From Pontixanthobacter sp. (GTDB lineage Bacteria; Pseudomonadota; Alphaproteobacteria; Sphingomonadales; Sphingomonadaceae): a stretch of 64,000 bases of DNA. Shown here piece by piece: positions 44,917-55,667 of the stretch; positions within the stretch are counted from its first letter, which is position 1; every line of letters begins with the position of its first letter. The DNA is taken from contig JBGSJO010000042.1 in assembly GCA_041741895.1 (NCBI GenBank), forward strand, positions 1,790-65,789, in the 5' to 3' direction. Made by a program: the position numbers and the translations under genes. Below the pieces are notes generated by a model, which did no database searches, had not been told where the DNA came from, and was given only the letters and a program-made list of their open reading frames with translations.

Positions 44917-45807
44917 CTAGACGGTATTGCGCCAGCGCGCGAAGATTGCAGTCGGCAGCAGGCGTCCTCCCTCTCCCTCCTCGCGTACCGCCAGATCGCC
45001 ATGTTCGATCGTGCCGGGCAGATCGGCGAACAATTCCGCCAGCAATCCGCCCAAAGCCAGGCTGGACATGCGCACCGCATAGACCGTCAGGAACAGGAAT
45101 CGGCTATCGGGGTCGAGCAGCTCGCGGCAATCACCCACCAGCGGCGCAAGGCTGTCCTCAATCCGCCAGATTTCATTCTTCGGTCCACGCCCGAATTTAG
45201 GCGGATCAAGGATGATCCCGTCATAGCGCCTTTCCCGCCGCACTTCGCGCGCGGTGAATTTCGCTGCATCGTCCACCAGCCAGCGGATCGGGCGAGCCTC
45301 CATCCCTGCCAGCACGGCATTTTCCCGTGCCTGCGCGACCGATTTCTTGGACGCATCGACATGGGTTACGGGACCATGCTGGCTCAGCGCCAGGCTGCCG
45401 ACACCGGTATAGCCAAACAGGTTGAGGGTTTGCGCGTCAGTCCTGCCGTCAAGCTGCTGCCGCATCCAGTCCCACACCGGCGCCATGTCGGGGAAGAACC
45501 CGAGATGGCGGAACGGCGTACATTGCGCCGTGAAACCCACTTCGCGCCATTGCAGCGGCCAGCCTTCTTCCGGCACGGGATTATCGTAAAGCCACCGACC
45601 GCCGCCGTCCTCGTCCGATCCCGGCACGAATTCCGCTTGCGCTTCCCACTGCGAAAAGCGCGGCTGCCACATCGCCTGCGGTTCCGGCCGGATGAAGCGA
45701 TAAGGGCCATAGCGTTCCAGCTTGCGGCCATCGCCACTGTCGACGAGGCCGTAATCACCCCACGCCGCCCCTTCCAGGATCAGCGGCTGTTCGGCCAGCT
45801 CTGCCAT
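44917..45807 (-). CDS. Class I SAM-dependent (RlmI/YccW-like) methyltransferase
   Basis: TLNLFGYTGVGSLALS (motif I) and YDGIILDPPKFGRG (motif IV). Its ATG overlaps the thrC stop. Confidence 0.8.
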   Translation of the reverse strand: MAELAEQPLILEGAAWGDYGLVDSGDGRKLERYGPYRFIRPEPQAMWQPRFSQWEAQAEFVPGSDEDGGGRWLYDNPVPEEGWPLQWREVGFTAQCTPFRHLGFFPDMAPVWDWMRQQLDGRTDAQTLNLFGYTGVGSLALSQHGPVTHVDASKKSVAQARENAVLAGMEARPIRWLVDDAAKFTAREVRRERRYDGIILDPPKFGRGPKNEIWRIEDSLAPLVGDCRELLDPDSRFLFLTVYAVRMSSLALGGLLAELFADLPGTIEHGDLAVREEGEGGRLLPTAIFARWRNTV

Positions 45808-47207
45808 CAGGAACCGAGGGTCGCACGTTCGGCGATGAAGGCGGTCACTGCATCGTAATCGCCCGGCAATTCGGTATAGGCTTCTTCACGGGCGAACAGA
45901 TCACCCACGCGGGCGGGCAACTGCGGGCGCCGGCCGGTGGCGCGCTCTACCGCGTCGGGGAATTTAGCCGGGTGCGCTGTGGCAAGCGTCACGATCGGGA
46001 TGTCCGCGGCAAGGCCAGCCTCGCGCGCTGCATGGAGGCCGATTGCGGTATGCGGATCGATAATCTCGCCGCATTTCTCGCTGGCCCAACGCATTGCGCG
46101 GGCCATGTCATTTGCGTCAGCGCGGGCGCTGGTAAACAGGCCCGCTGCCCCTTCCCGCTGCGCATTGGTCAGCCGCATCGCCTTGTCTGCTTCGAAGGTG
46201 CCCATCTGCGCAGCTATCGCTGCCCCGTCACGCCCGCCGCAATCGAACAGCAGCCGTTCAAAATTGGAACTGACCTGGATATCCATCGACGGTGCCGAGG
46301 TGGGCGTTACCGTACCGGTGGAATAATCGCCCTGTGACAATGCGCGGTGGAGGATGTCGTTGATGTTCGTCGCCACGATCAGCCGTTCGATGGGAAGGCC
46401 CATCTTCGCCGCGACATAGCCTGCAAACACATCGCCGAAATTGCCGGTGGGAACGGAAAAAGCCACCTTCCGCCGGGGCGCGCCCAATTGCAGCGCAGCG
46501 GCGAAATAATACACCACCTGCGCCATCAGCCGGGCCCAGTTGATCGAATTGACCGCGCCGATGTGGAAGCGCGAATTCATCTCCGGGTCACGGAACACCC
46601 GCTTCACCATTGCCTGCGCATCGTCGAAGCTGCCCTCGATGGCGATGTTGTGGACATTGGGCGCGCGGACGGTGGTCATCTGGCGGCGCTGGACATCGCT
46701 GACCCGGCCTTTCGGATGGAGCATGAAGATGTCGATCCGCTCGCGCCCGGCCACGGCATCGATTGCCGCCGATCCGGTATCGCCGCTGGTCGCACCGACG
46801 ATGGTAAGGTGATCGTGGCTTCGGGTCAGGAATTTTTCGAACAACAGGCCCAGCAATTGCAGTGCCACGTCCTTGAACGCCAGCGTCGGCCCATGGAACA
46901 ATTCCAGCAGCCATTGCTGTTCGTCGAACTGCGTCAGCGGGGTCACCGCCGCGTGGGAGAAACGGCCATAGGCCTGAATGCACAAATCGCTCAATTCGCC
47001 CTGCGTCAGGCTGTCCGCCACGAATGGTTGCATGATCCGGGCGGCCAATTCGGCATAGGGAAGCCCCGCCATGGCGGCGATTTCACCTTCGCTGAACCGG
47101 GGCCAATGGACCGGCAGATACAGACCGCCATCGTCAGCCAGACCGGCCAACGTTGCGCCTTCGAAATCAAGTGTCGGCGCAGCGCCGCGGGTTGAAACAT
47201 ATTCCAT
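45807..47207 (-). CDS. thrC: Threonine synthase
   Basis: ELFHGPTLAFKDVALQ (PLP lysine), ATSGDTGSAA, VPTGNFGDVFAG. Confidence 0.93.
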   Translation of the reverse strand: MEYVSTRGAAPTLDFEGATLAGLADDGGLYLPVHWPRFSEGEIAAMAGLPYAELAARIMQPFVADSLTQGELSDLCIQAYGRFSHAAVTPLTQFDEQQWLLELFHGPTLAFKDVALQLLGLLFEKFLTRSHDHLTIVGATSGDTGSAAIDAVAGRERIDIFMLHPKGRVSDVQRRQMTTVRAPNVHNIAIEGSFDDAQAMVKRVFRDPEMNSRFHIGAVNSINWARLMAQVVYYFAAALQLGAPRRKVAFSVPTGNFGDVFAGYVAAKMGLPIERLIVATNINDILHRALSQGDYSTGTVTPTSAPSMDIQVSSNFERLLFDCGGRDGAAIAAQMGTFEADKAMRLTNAQREGAAGLFTSARADANDMARAMRWASEKCGEIIDPHTAIGLHAAREAGLAADIPIVTLATAHPAKFPDAVERATGRRPQLPARVGDLFAREEAYTELPGDYDAVTAFIAERATLGS

Positions 47208-47289
47208 AGGGAAATGCGGTTAGCCGGGCAGTGGTGCAAGGGCAAGCCAGAGGCGCTTTAGACGGGGAAACTTGCCCTGCTTCACCCGA

Positions 47290-47859
47290 TTACGGTTTGC
47301 CCCGGCGCCGCACGGCCAGAACAAAGATCACCAGCGCGGTCAGCGCGAAGAAAAACCACTGTCCGGCATAGGCCAGATGGTTGTTGGGAATATCCGCCGG
47401 ATCGGGCCTTGCCAGTGGTTCCAGCCCGGCCAGCGGCGGATCGGCGACCAGCCTTCCGCCCGGGGCGATCACCCCGGTGACCATGCCGCCGGCATATTCG
47501 GGCGCAGCCGGATCGCGGGACCAGCCGAGAGCAACTTCACCAGTGGAACCATCGGGCAAAATGCACTCCGCCTTGTGTGCCCAGCCGCTGCTGCCCTTCG
47601 CAGAACTGCCCGATACCGAGCGGATACCCGTGACCTGCGCGCACTCGAAACCGCTGCGGCGATAGAGCGCAGAATCCAGCGAAGCCTTGTCGCGCGGATA
47701 GGCTATTTCGCTGGCGTCGGTCTGGGCGGCGGCATAAATTGCCAGTTGCGCCTCTTTTTCCTTCAGGCGGCCCAATTGCCAGAAACCCAGCGCGATCATG
47801 GTGGCAACTGCGGCCAGCACGATTATTGTCGCAAATACCGGAAGCTGGCGAAATTTCAT
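47290..47859 (-). CDS. surf1: SURF1-family cytochrome oxidase biogenesis protein (short form)
   Basis: N-terminal TM plus GFWQLGRLKEKEAQ; C-terminal NNHLAYAGQWFFFALTALVIFVL. Confidence 0.8.
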   Translation of the reverse strand: MKFRQLPVFATIIVLAAVATMIALGFWQLGRLKEKEAQLAIYAAAQTDASEIAYPRDKASLDSALYRRSGFECAQVTGIRSVSGSSAKGSSGWAHKAECILPDGSTGEVALGWSRDPAAPEYAGGMVTGVIAPGGRLVADPPLAGLEPLARPDPADIPNNHLAYAGQWFFFALTALVIFVLAVRRRGKP

Positions 47860-48242
47860 GGTTTCCGGCCAGCCTCGGCCGCATTACTCTTGAATTCGGC
47901 AAAAACCAGCGCCGCCTTTGCCGCGCGCAGACCATAGATCACAAGCCCGGTGGTTAGCGGAATCCATAGCACGGCATGGACCCAGAATGGGGGTTCGTAA
48001 GACAATTGTAGCCACATCGCCAAGCCGACGACAAATGCACCGATGATCAGGATCAGGAACGCCGCCGGCCCGTCGCCCACGTTGAATTTGGTGAAATCGA
48101 GCGAGCAGGCGCGGCAATGATCGGCGAATTTGGTCAGCCCGCCAAACAGCGTGCGCGCGCCGCACTGGGGGCATAAACCGAAAAGGGCAGCCTCGCCCAT
48201 GCGTGGATGCCCTTTCGGATTTTCAGGAATGCCTGCGGGCAT
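47856..48242 (-). CDS. DUF983 membrane protein (zinc-ribbon-like CxxC...CxxC plus 2 TM)
   Basis: GLCPQCGARTLF...HCRACSLDF, then two TM helices. Stop and start overlaps with surf1 and coxC. Confidence 0.75.
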   Translation of the reverse strand: MPAGIPENPKGHPRMGEAALFGLCPQCGARTLFGGLTKFADHCRACSLDFTKFNVGDGPAAFLILIIGAFVVGLAMWLQLSYEPPFWVHAVLWIPLTTGLVIYGLRAAKAALVFAEFKSNAAEAGRKP

Positions 48243-49063
48243 CAGTGGATTTCAGCGCCCCAACCGCCCCAGACATAAACGACGATGAACAGGAACAGCC
48301 ACACCACATCGACGAAGTGCCAATACCACGCAGCCGCTTCAAAACCGAAATGCTGGCGTGGGGTGAAATGGCCCTTGTAACTGCGGACAAGGCACACGGT
48401 CAGGAAGATCGTGCCCACCAACACGTGGAAACCGTGGAAACCGGTCGCCATGTAGAAGGCGGAGCTATAGGTGTTGCCGCCGAATGCAAATGGCGCGTGA
48501 CTGTATTCATAAACCTGGATGCTGGTGAATAGGATGCCCAGCAGAATGGTCGCCCACAGGCCCTTCTTCAGCCCGTCCCGGTCGCCGTGGATCAGCGAGT
48601 GGTGCGCCCAGGTAACCGTAGTGCCTGAACACAGCAGGATGAGCGTGTTGAGCAGCGGCAGGTCAAACGGATCCATCACCGCTTCGATTGCCTTGGGCGG
48701 CCACTGACCGCCAATCACTTCGGAAATAGTGCTCGGGAACAGCGCGAAATCGAACCAGCTCCAGAACCACCCGACGAAGAACATAACTTCTGACGCGATG
48801 AACAGGATCATCCCGTAACGCAGGTGCAATTGCACCACGGGCGTGTGATGGCCTTCCTGCGCTTCCTTCACGATGTTGGAAAACCAGCTGAAGAAGCTGG
48901 CGATCAGGCCCGCAATACCCAGACCCAGGACGAGATGGGCATTGTCCAGTTCATGCATGAACAGCACCATTCCGCTGGTGAAGGTCAGTGCCGAAATGGA
49001 CGCTACCAGCGGCCAGATATCGGGCGGCAGAATGTGGTAACTATGGTTTACTTTGCCAGCCAT
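48242..49063 (-). CDS. ctaE: Cytochrome c oxidase subunit III
   Basis: HSYHILPPDIWPL..., 7 TM helices, WYWHFVDVVWLFLF. Confidence 0.95.
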   Translation of the reverse strand: MAGKVNHSYHILPPDIWPLVASISALTFTSGMVLFMHELDNAHLVLGLGIAGLIASFFSWFSNIVKEAQEGHHTPVVQLHLRYGMILFIASEVMFFVGWFWSWFDFALFPSTISEVIGGQWPPKAIEAVMDPFDLPLLNTLILLCSGTTVTWAHHSLIHGDRDGLKKGLWATILLGILFTSIQVYEYSHAPFAFGGNTYSSAFYMATGFHGFHVLVGTIFLTVCLVRSYKGHFTPRQHFGFEAAAWYWHFVDVVWLFLFIVVYVWGGWGAEIH

Positions 49064-49179
49064 GAATCTCTTATCCTGTCAGAGCGGTTTCAAATGCCCT
49101 TAATGGGCCATGGTATTCAGGTCCAGTGCCCGGAGGGGCATTCCGGGAAATTTTGCCAAGCGTCTTTTGCCTGCGGAGC

Positions 49180-49752
49180 TTATGACCCAGACTCGATTGC
49201 CTTGTGGAACGTATAACTCAGCGTAATCTGCTCTACGTCCCGTGCGTTCTCGTCCTGCATGATCGCCGGATCAACATAATACAGCACCGGCATGCGGACT
49301 TCCTCGCCCGGCTGCAATGTCTGTTCGGTGAAGCAGAAACACTGGATCTTGTTGAAATATTTGCCCGTCTGTTCGGGCTCGACATTGAATGTCGCCGTGC
49401 CGGTAATGGGGACATCGCTATTGTTCTTCGCAACATAGAAAGCCATGTCGCGCACGCCGATCTGGACCGTGTCGGTCGGCTGTTCCGCGCGAAATGTCCA
49501 CGGCACATCAGATGCAATGTTGCCGTCGAACCGGATCGATATCTGTTTCGCCCCGGCGCTGGCTGCCATGCGTTCGGCCAGATCGGCCTGCTGCGCACTT
49601 GCGCGCTGGGTAGTGCCGCCAAACCCAGTTACCTGGCAGAATAATTGATACAAGGGTACCGCTGCAAATCCCAGCCCAAGCATCGCCAGCGCACCGAGAA
49701 ATGCAATCAGGCCGACCCGGGCGTTCTTGTTGCTGATATCGTTACTTGTCAT
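49180..49752 (-). CDS. ctaG: Cytochrome c oxidase assembly protein CtaG/Cox11
   Basis: PLYQLFCQVTGFGGT and KIQCFCFTEQTL copper-binding motif. Confidence 0.92.
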   Translation of the reverse strand: MTSNDISNKNARVGLIAFLGALAMLGLGFAAVPLYQLFCQVTGFGGTTQRASAQQADLAERMAASAGAKQISIRFDGNIASDVPWTFRAEQPTDTVQIGVRDMAFYVAKNNSDVPITGTATFNVEPEQTGKYFNKIQCFCFTEQTLQPGEEVRMPVLYYVDPAIMQDENARDVEQITLSYTFHKAIESGS

Positions 49753-49754
49753 GT

Positions 49755-49880
49755 TCAGTCCCCCATGCGGACAATGGTAATGGCATAAAACAGGATCGCG
49801 AAAAATACGAGCACGCCGCCCAGAACCAGGTTGCGACTCTTTTGGCGGCGGCGGAATTCATTCTGCTCTTCAGGCGTCAT
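49755..49880 (-). CDS. Small (41 aa) single-TM protein between ctaB and ctaG
   Basis: [41 protein letters not shown]. Its ATG overlaps the ctaB stop (ATGA), and it ends 2 nt before ctaG. Confidence 0.5.
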   Translation of the reverse strand: MTPEEQNEFRRRQKSRNLVLGGVLVFFAILFYAITIVRMGD

Positions 49881-50803
49881 GTGGGAAATCCTTGATAGGC
49901 CGCGACCCGGTCCACGACCAGGGCAGCGAACAGGGCGAACAGATAGACAATGCTGAAGGCGAACAGCCGTTTTTCCGGCTTCATCGAATCGCCATCTTCC
50001 GAAATCCGCGTGGCCACAGGCACGGACAACGCCAGAAAAGCGAGAGACAGGGCAATCGCGATGATCCCGTAAATCGCGCCGGTGCCGCCGATGAACCATG
50101 GCGCGCCAGCAACGGGTACCAGCAACACCGAATAGGCCAGAATTTGTTTGCGCGTCGAAGCTTGCCCCCGCACCACCGGCATCATCGGGATGCCGACCTT
50201 GGCGTAATCGCTCTTGATAAACAGTGCGAGCGCCCAGAAATGCGGCGGCGTCCACATAAAGATGATCGCAAACAGCAGGACCGGCATCAGCGTGATGTCT
50301 CCGGTCACCGCGACCCATCCGATCATCGGTGGAAATGCCCCCGCACCGCCCCCGATAACAATATTCTGCGGCGTGCGCGGCTTCAGCCAGATGGTGTAGA
50401 TGACCGCGTAATAAATGATCGACACCAGCAGAATCGTCGCGGCTAGCCAGCCTACCGCCAGCCCCATCAACAGCACCGATCCGACCGACAGGGCAATCCC
50501 GAAATCGCGCGCATTGGTGGGGTTCATCCGGCCCGCAGGGATCGGGCGCGCCGCAGTGCGCTTCATGCCGGCATCCAGATCCGCTTCCCACCACTGGTTC
50601 AATGTCGCCGCCCCGCCAGCGCCCAGCGCAATACACAGGATTGCGGTAAACCCGATTACCGGATTGATCGAACCGGGCGCGGCAAGCAATCCGCACAGGC
50701 CGGTAAAGATCACCAGGCTCATCACGCGCGGCTTGGTCAACGCGTAGAAATCACGCCAGTCGGTCGGCAGCGCCGGATTGTTGATGGGGGCGGCGGTGGT
50801 CAT
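49877..50803 (-). CDS. ctaB: Protoheme IX farnesyltransferase (heme O synthase)
   Basis: [39 protein letters not shown] at 50803; the ORF extends to GTG 50827. Confidence 0.92.
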   Translation of the reverse strand: MTTAAPINNPALPTDWRDFYALTKPRVMSLVIFTGLCGLLAAPGSINPVIGFTAILCIALGAGGAATLNQWWEADLDAGMKRTAARPIPAGRMNPTNARDFGIALSVGSVLLMGLAVGWLAATILLVSIIYYAVIYTIWLKPRTPQNIVIGGGAGAFPPMIGWVAVTGDITLMPVLLFAIIFMWTPPHFWALALFIKSDYAKVGIPMMPVVRGQASTRKQILAYSVLLVPVAGAPWFIGGTGAIYGIIAIALSLAFLALSVPVATRISEDGDSMKPEKRLFAFSIVYLFALFAALVVDRVAAYQGFPT

Positions 50804-50937
50804 CTGTGTCGCAGCCTTGCGGCTCACTCCTTGGTTCTGGAAAGATGGGGGCGCACCGTATCCGGCACACCCCCACCCCTTTTATTCGCGGCCGCCCTTA
50901 CGCCGGGCGACAATTCGCTCAGTCAGCGCCCGGTCGC

Positions 50938-52644
50938 TCAGTCAGTTGCCGGGCGGTGATCGTGGTAATCGTGATGGTCCTCGATCACCGGCAGGGTTTC
51001 GAACTGGTGATAGGGCGGCGGGCTGGACAGGGTCCATTCAAGCGTAGTCGCTCCTTCGCCCCATGGATTATCGCCCGCCTTCTTGCCCGCGATGAACGCA
51101 TAGGCGACGTTGACGAAGAATATCCCCATGGACGCGGCCATGATGTAGTAGCCGTAGGACGAAACATTGTTCCAGTATGAAAACGCTTCCGGATAATCCG
51201 GAATTCGGCGCGGCATGCCGTCCATTCCCAGGAAATGTTGCGGAAAGAAGATTATGTTCACCCCGACGAAGAACACCCAGAAGTGCAGATGCGAAAGGAA
51301 TTCGCTGTGCATCTTGCCGCTCATCTTCGGGAACCAGTAATAAAAGCCTGCGAACAGGCTGAACACTGCGCCCATCGACAGCACGTAATGGAAATGCGCC
51401 ACCACATAATAGGTGTCATGCAGCACATCGTCGACGCCGCCATTGGCCAGGACCACGCCGGTCACGCCGCCAACGGTGAACAGGAAAATGAAACCCATCG
51501 CCCACACCAGCGGTGATTTGAATTCCAGGCTGCCGCCCCACATGGTGGCAATCCAGCTGAAGATTTTCACGCCGGTTGGAACTGCGATCACCATGGTCGC
51601 CGCAGTGAAATACATCTTCGTATTCACGTCGAGACCGGTGGTATACATGTGGTGCGCCCACACCACGAAGCCGACCACGCCAATCGCGACCATGGCATAG
51701 GCCATGCCGAGATAACCAAACACTGGCTTCTTGGAGAAGGTCGCGACAATCTGGCTGACCATACCAAAGCCCGGCAGGATCATGATGTACACTTCGGGAT
51801 GGCCGAAGAACCAGAACAGATGCTGGTATAGCACCGGATCGCCGCCACCGGCGGGATCGAAGAAAGTGGTACCGAAATTGCGGTCGGTCAGCAGCATGGT
51901 GATGGCAGCTGCCAGAACCGGCAGCGCCAGAAGCAGCAGAAATGCAGTGACCAACACCGACCATACGAACAGCGGCATCTTGTGCAGGGTCATCCCCGGC
52001 GCACGCATGTTGAAGATAGTGGTGATGAAGTTGATCGCGCCCATGATGGACGCCGCGCCCGCAAGGTGGAGCGAGAAGATCGCGAAATCGACTGCCGGGC
52101 CGGTACTGCCCGTGGTCGAAAGCGGCGCGTAGGCGGTCCAGCCGATCCCTGCGCCCAGCCCAGTGCCGCCCGGAACGAAGGTAGAGAACATGAGGCTGGA
52201 GAAACCAGCCACAGTCAGCCAGAACGAGATATTGTTCATCCGCGGAAACGCCATGTCCGGCGCGCCGATCATCAGCGGGACGAACCAGTTGCCGAAACCG
52301 CCGATCATCGCGGGCATGACCATGAAGAACACCATAATCAGGCCATGCGCGGTGATCAGCACGTTCCACATGTGCAGATTGGCATCGAAGCTGGCTTCCC
52401 CGCCCATCAAGCTGACCCAATAGCCGAGATATTGAATGCCCGGCGCGGCCAGTTCCATGCGCATGATGCCGGAAATGAACCCGCCGATGATGCCCGCACA
52501 AATCGCAAAGATCAGATACAGCGTACCGATGTCCTTGTGATTGGTGGACATGAACCAGCGCGCAAAAAACGCCGGCTTGTGATCGGCGTCATGATGCCCG
52601 TGATCTTCGGTGTGAGCCTGGAACTGATCGGCGGTGGTTGCCAT
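50938..52644 (-). CDS. ctaD: Cytochrome c oxidase subunit I
   Basis: [37 protein letters not shown]. Confidence 0.97.
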   Translation of the reverse strand: MATTADQFQAHTEDHGHHDADHKPAFFARWFMSTNHKDIGTLYLIFAICAGIIGGFISGIMRMELAAPGIQYLGYWVSLMGGEASFDANLHMWNVLITAHGLIMVFFMVMPAMIGGFGNWFVPLMIGAPDMAFPRMNNISFWLTVAGFSSLMFSTFVPGGTGLGAGIGWTAYAPLSTTGSTGPAVDFAIFSLHLAGAASIMGAINFITTIFNMRAPGMTLHKMPLFVWSVLVTAFLLLLALPVLAAAITMLLTDRNFGTTFFDPAGGGDPVLYQHLFWFFGHPEVYIMILPGFGMVSQIVATFSKKPVFGYLGMAYAMVAIGVVGFVVWAHHMYTTGLDVNTKMYFTAATMVIAVPTGVKIFSWIATMWGGSLEFKSPLVWAMGFIFLFTVGGVTGVVLANGGVDDVLHDTYYVVAHFHYVLSMGAVFSLFAGFYYWFPKMSGKMHSEFLSHLHFWVFFVGVNIIFFPQHFLGMDGMPRRIPDYPEAFSYWNNVSSYGYYIMAASMGIFFVNVAYAFIAGKKAGDNPWGEGATTLEWTLSSPPPYHQFETLPVIEDHHDYHDHRPATD

Positions 52645-52695
52645 GATGTGCCTCTTAACCTTCAAATAATCGTGTGACGAACACTGGCGTCGAAT

Positions 52696-53727
52696 TTAGC
52701 TTACGGCCGCTTGCGGAGCGGTTTCTTCTGTAGCGGCAGGCGCTGCGGTTTCTTCGACCGCATCACCGGCCACGGTGCCGCCCTGTTCGCGAACCCATGC
52801 TTCCCATTCGGCGCGGGGCAATGCCTCAACTGCGATGGGCATGTATCCATGGCGTGCACCGCACAGTTCCGAACATTGGCCGTAATAGATACCAGGTTCC
52901 TTGATCGTCAGCAGGCGTTCGTTGAGGCGGCCGGGGACCGCGTCGAGTTTGAACCACAGCGACGGAACGGCAAAGGCGTGGATCACGTCCGCAGCAGTCG
53001 TCTGCAAACGGATTGGCGTGTTGGCGGGCACGACCATGCGGTTGTCCACTGCCAGCAAGGCCGGTTCGCCATTGGCGATCGCGTCTTCCTTAGTGAGCAT
53101 GTTCGAAATAATTTCGAACCCGCCATTGTCTGGATAGGTATAGCCCCAATACCACTGGTATCCGGTCGCCTTGATCGTAACGGCGTCGGCGGGCGGCGAT
53201 TCATACTGGCGCGCCAGCAGGGTGATCGAAGGAACCGCGATAACCACCAGGATCAACACCGGAATGACGGTCCAGACCACTTCGATGAAAGTGTTGTGCG
53301 TGGTTTTCGATGCGACCTTGTTGGACCGGCGGTTGAACTTGACCACAACCCACAGCAACAGGCCAAGAACGAACAGGCTGATTACCGTAATGACCGGCAA
53401 GAGAATCGCGTCATGCATCCACAAGGCAAATGCACCGTCTTCGGTATATTGTTCCTGGAAAGTGATTCCCTTATCGACCGGCTGCCCCTTGATCATGTCG
53501 GTGCCGAGCGGTTTGTAAGCACCCTCAGCCGGCGCAGCGATCACTGCCGCATCCGCAGCAGGCGCCGGGTCAATGACAGGCGCTGCAGCCACTGGTGGCA
53601 AGGGTACCGTAACGTCCGCAGCAACATCCTGGGCCAACACAGCTTGCGGCGCGAACGCCAATGTCGCTACCGCAGCAAGGGTGGTAACCATTGTCAGAGC
53701 CCGCTTGGGCAAAGTACCGAAATTCAT
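52696..53727 (-). CDS. ctaC: Cytochrome c oxidase subunit II
   Basis: Signal peptide and 2 TM; CuA site DVIHAFAVP ... CSELCGARHGYM. MNFGTLPK start at 53727. Confidence 0.93.
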   Translation of the reverse strand: MNFGTLPKRALTMVTTLAAVATLAFAPQAVLAQDVAADVTVPLPPVAAAPVIDPAPAADAAVIAAPAEGAYKPLGTDMIKGQPVDKGITFQEQYTEDGAFALWMHDAILLPVITVISLFVLGLLLWVVVKFNRRSNKVASKTTHNTFIEVVWTVIPVLILVVIAVPSITLLARQYESPPADAVTIKATGYQWYWGYTYPDNGGFEIISNMLTKEDAIANGEPALLAVDNRMVVPANTPIRLQTTAADVIHAFAVPSLWFKLDAVPGRLNERLLTIKEPGIYYGQCSELCGARHGYMPIAVEALPRAEWEAWVREQGGTVAGDAVEETAAPAATEETAPQAAVS

Positions 53728-53920
53728 CAATCCGACGCTTTCCGTTAAAATTTCAACCGACTGAAACAGCCATTCTTGGCCCCTGGGCGGACCGGTATCG
53801 TGCCGCCTATACGCATGCTTGCCCCCACCCTCAAGCGCTTCTAGGAGAAATTTCCGCAACAGGGGTTGCTTGAAACCGAACGACGCGCAAATTTGCGCAC
53901 AACATGGCTAGATAAAATAT

Positions 53921-54499
53921 ATGACAGAAGAAGACGTTCTCTCCGAATTCCGGGCCAGCGAGGCACTGCTGGAAGGGCATTTCCAACTATCTTCTGGGCG
54001 CCACAGCGCGCATTACCTTCAATGTGCTCGGGTGTTGATGGACCCGATGCGCGCCGGACGGCTGGCATCGGCCATCGCCGCTACGATGCCGCGCGAATTG
54101 CGCAGCGAGATCGACAAGGTGGTATCCCCGGCAATGGGCGGGATCATCATTGGCCATGAAATGGGACGTGCCTTGGGCAAGGAAGCAATTTTTCTCGAGC
54201 GGCCGACTGGCATTTTCGAATTTCGCCGGGGCTTTGATCTGAAACCCGGCGAAAAGGTGCTGCTGGTGGAAGACGTGGTGACCACCGGCCTGTCCTCCAA
54301 GGAAGCGATGGCCGCCGTGGCAGAAGCGGGCGGTGAAGTTCTGGCGCTGGCATCATTGGTGGACCGGACTGGTGATGACGTGACCTTCGATGTACCCTAT
54401 TATCCGCTCGTCCGGATTGCCTTCCCCACTTATGCCGAGGACGAATTGCCCGCTAAACTGGCCGCAATCCCGGTGAACAAGCCGGGGAGCCGCAAGTAA
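53921..54499 (+). CDS. pyrE: Orotate phosphoribosyltransferase
   Basis: [17 protein letters not shown] and the PRPP loop [13 protein letters not shown]. Confidence 0.9.
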   Translation: MTEEDVLSEFRASEALLEGHFQLSSGRHSAHYLQCARVLMDPMRAGRLASAIAATMPRELRSEIDKVVSPAMGGIIIGHEMGRALGKEAIFLERPTGIFEFRRGFDLKPGEKVLLVEDVVTTGLSSKEAMAAVAEAGGEVLALASLVDRTGDDVTFDVPYYPLVRIAFPTYAEDELPAKLAAIPVNKPGSRK

Positions 54500-55242
54500 T
54501 GGCCTTAGCCAGACAGTCGGGTCGCCTGCGTCTGGGGGTCAACATCGACCACGTCGCAACAATCCGGAATGCGCGCGGCGGGGACCATCCCGATCCAGTG
54601 CGCGCGGCGGAAATCGTTGCGGCTGTCGGCGGAGACGGGATTACCGCGCATCTGCGTGAAGACCGGCGGCACATTCGTGACGATGATTTGAAGCGCATCC
54701 AGGCTGCGACGGACTTGCCGTTAAATCTTGAAATGGCTGCAACCGAGGAAATGCTGCGAATTGCGCTGCGCCACAAACCCCATGCCGCCTGCATCGTGCC
54801 GGAAAACCGCGAGGAGCGCACGACCGAGGGCGGACTAGACGCGGCGGGCCTGCACAACCGGCTGGCCCCCATGGTGACTCGCCTGATCGAGGCGGACATC
54901 CGCGTCAGCCTGTTCATCGAAGCCGATCCGCGTCAGTTGGAGGCCGCGATGCGGCTCGGCGCGCAGGTCGTAGAATTCCATACCGGCGAATATGCCCATG
55001 CCGCTGGAGAAAAGCGCGAAGCGGAGCTGCGGCGCATTTCCGACATGGCCGCGCTGGCAGTGAAGAACGGGATCGAGCCGCACGCGGGCCACGGGCTGAC
55101 CTATGAAAATGTCCAGCCGATCGCCGCGATCCCCCATTTGGCCGAACTCAATATCGGCCATTATCTGGTCGGCGAGGCAGTGTTCGTAGGCCTGGAGGCA
55201 GCCGTACGCCGGATGCGCGAATTGATGGACGACGCCAGATGA
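54499..55242 (+). CDS. pdxJ: Pyridoxine 5'-phosphate synthase
   Basis: [36 protein letters not shown]. Confidence 0.93.
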   Translation: MALARQSGRLRLGVNIDHVATIRNARGGDHPDPVRAAEIVAAVGGDGITAHLREDRRHIRDDDLKRIQAATDLPLNLEMAATEEMLRIALRHKPHAACIVPENREERTTEGGLDAAGLHNRLAPMVTRLIEADIRVSLFIEADPRQLEAAMRLGAQVVEFHTGEYAHAAGEKREAELRRISDMAALAVKNGIEPHAGHGLTYENVQPIAAIPHLAELNIGHYLVGEAVFVGLEAAVRRMRELMDDAR

Positions 55243-55252
55243 GTGCCTTGCG

Positions 55253-55654
55253 ATGATTATCGGTCTCGGCAGTGATCTGTGCAATATCGAGCGTATCCAG
55301 AAGGCGCTCGACCGGCATGGTACGCGATTTGAAAACCGCAGCTTTACCGAAATCGAGCGTGCCAAGGCGGCCAAGCGCCCGTTCACCCGCGCGGGAACCT
55401 ACGCCAAACGCTTCGCCGCCAAGGAGGCTTTTTCGAAAGCGGTCGGCACCGGATTCTATCGCGGTGTCTATATGAAGGACATCGGCGTGGTAAATGCCCC
55501 CTCGGGCGCCCCCACCCTGGCGTTGACCAATGGCGCAGCAAAGCGGCTTGCGGAACTGACGCCAGCGGGCCATGAGGCAGTCATTCATCTGACCCTAACC
55601 GACGATCATCCATGGGCGCAGGCCTTCGTGATCATCGAAGCGGTTCCGCGTTAA
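55253..55654 (+). CDS. acpS: Holo-[acyl-carrier-protein] synthase
   Basis: [15 protein letters not shown] ... [11 protein letters not shown]. Confidence 0.9.
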   Translation: MIIGLGSDLCNIERIQKALDRHGTRFENRSFTEIERAKAAKRPFTRAGTYAKRFAAKEAFSKAVGTGFYRGVYMKDIGVVNAPSGAPTLALTNGAAKRLAELTPAGHEAVIHLTLTDDHPWAQAFVIIEAVPR

Positions 55655-55667
55655 ATTCAGGCACATC

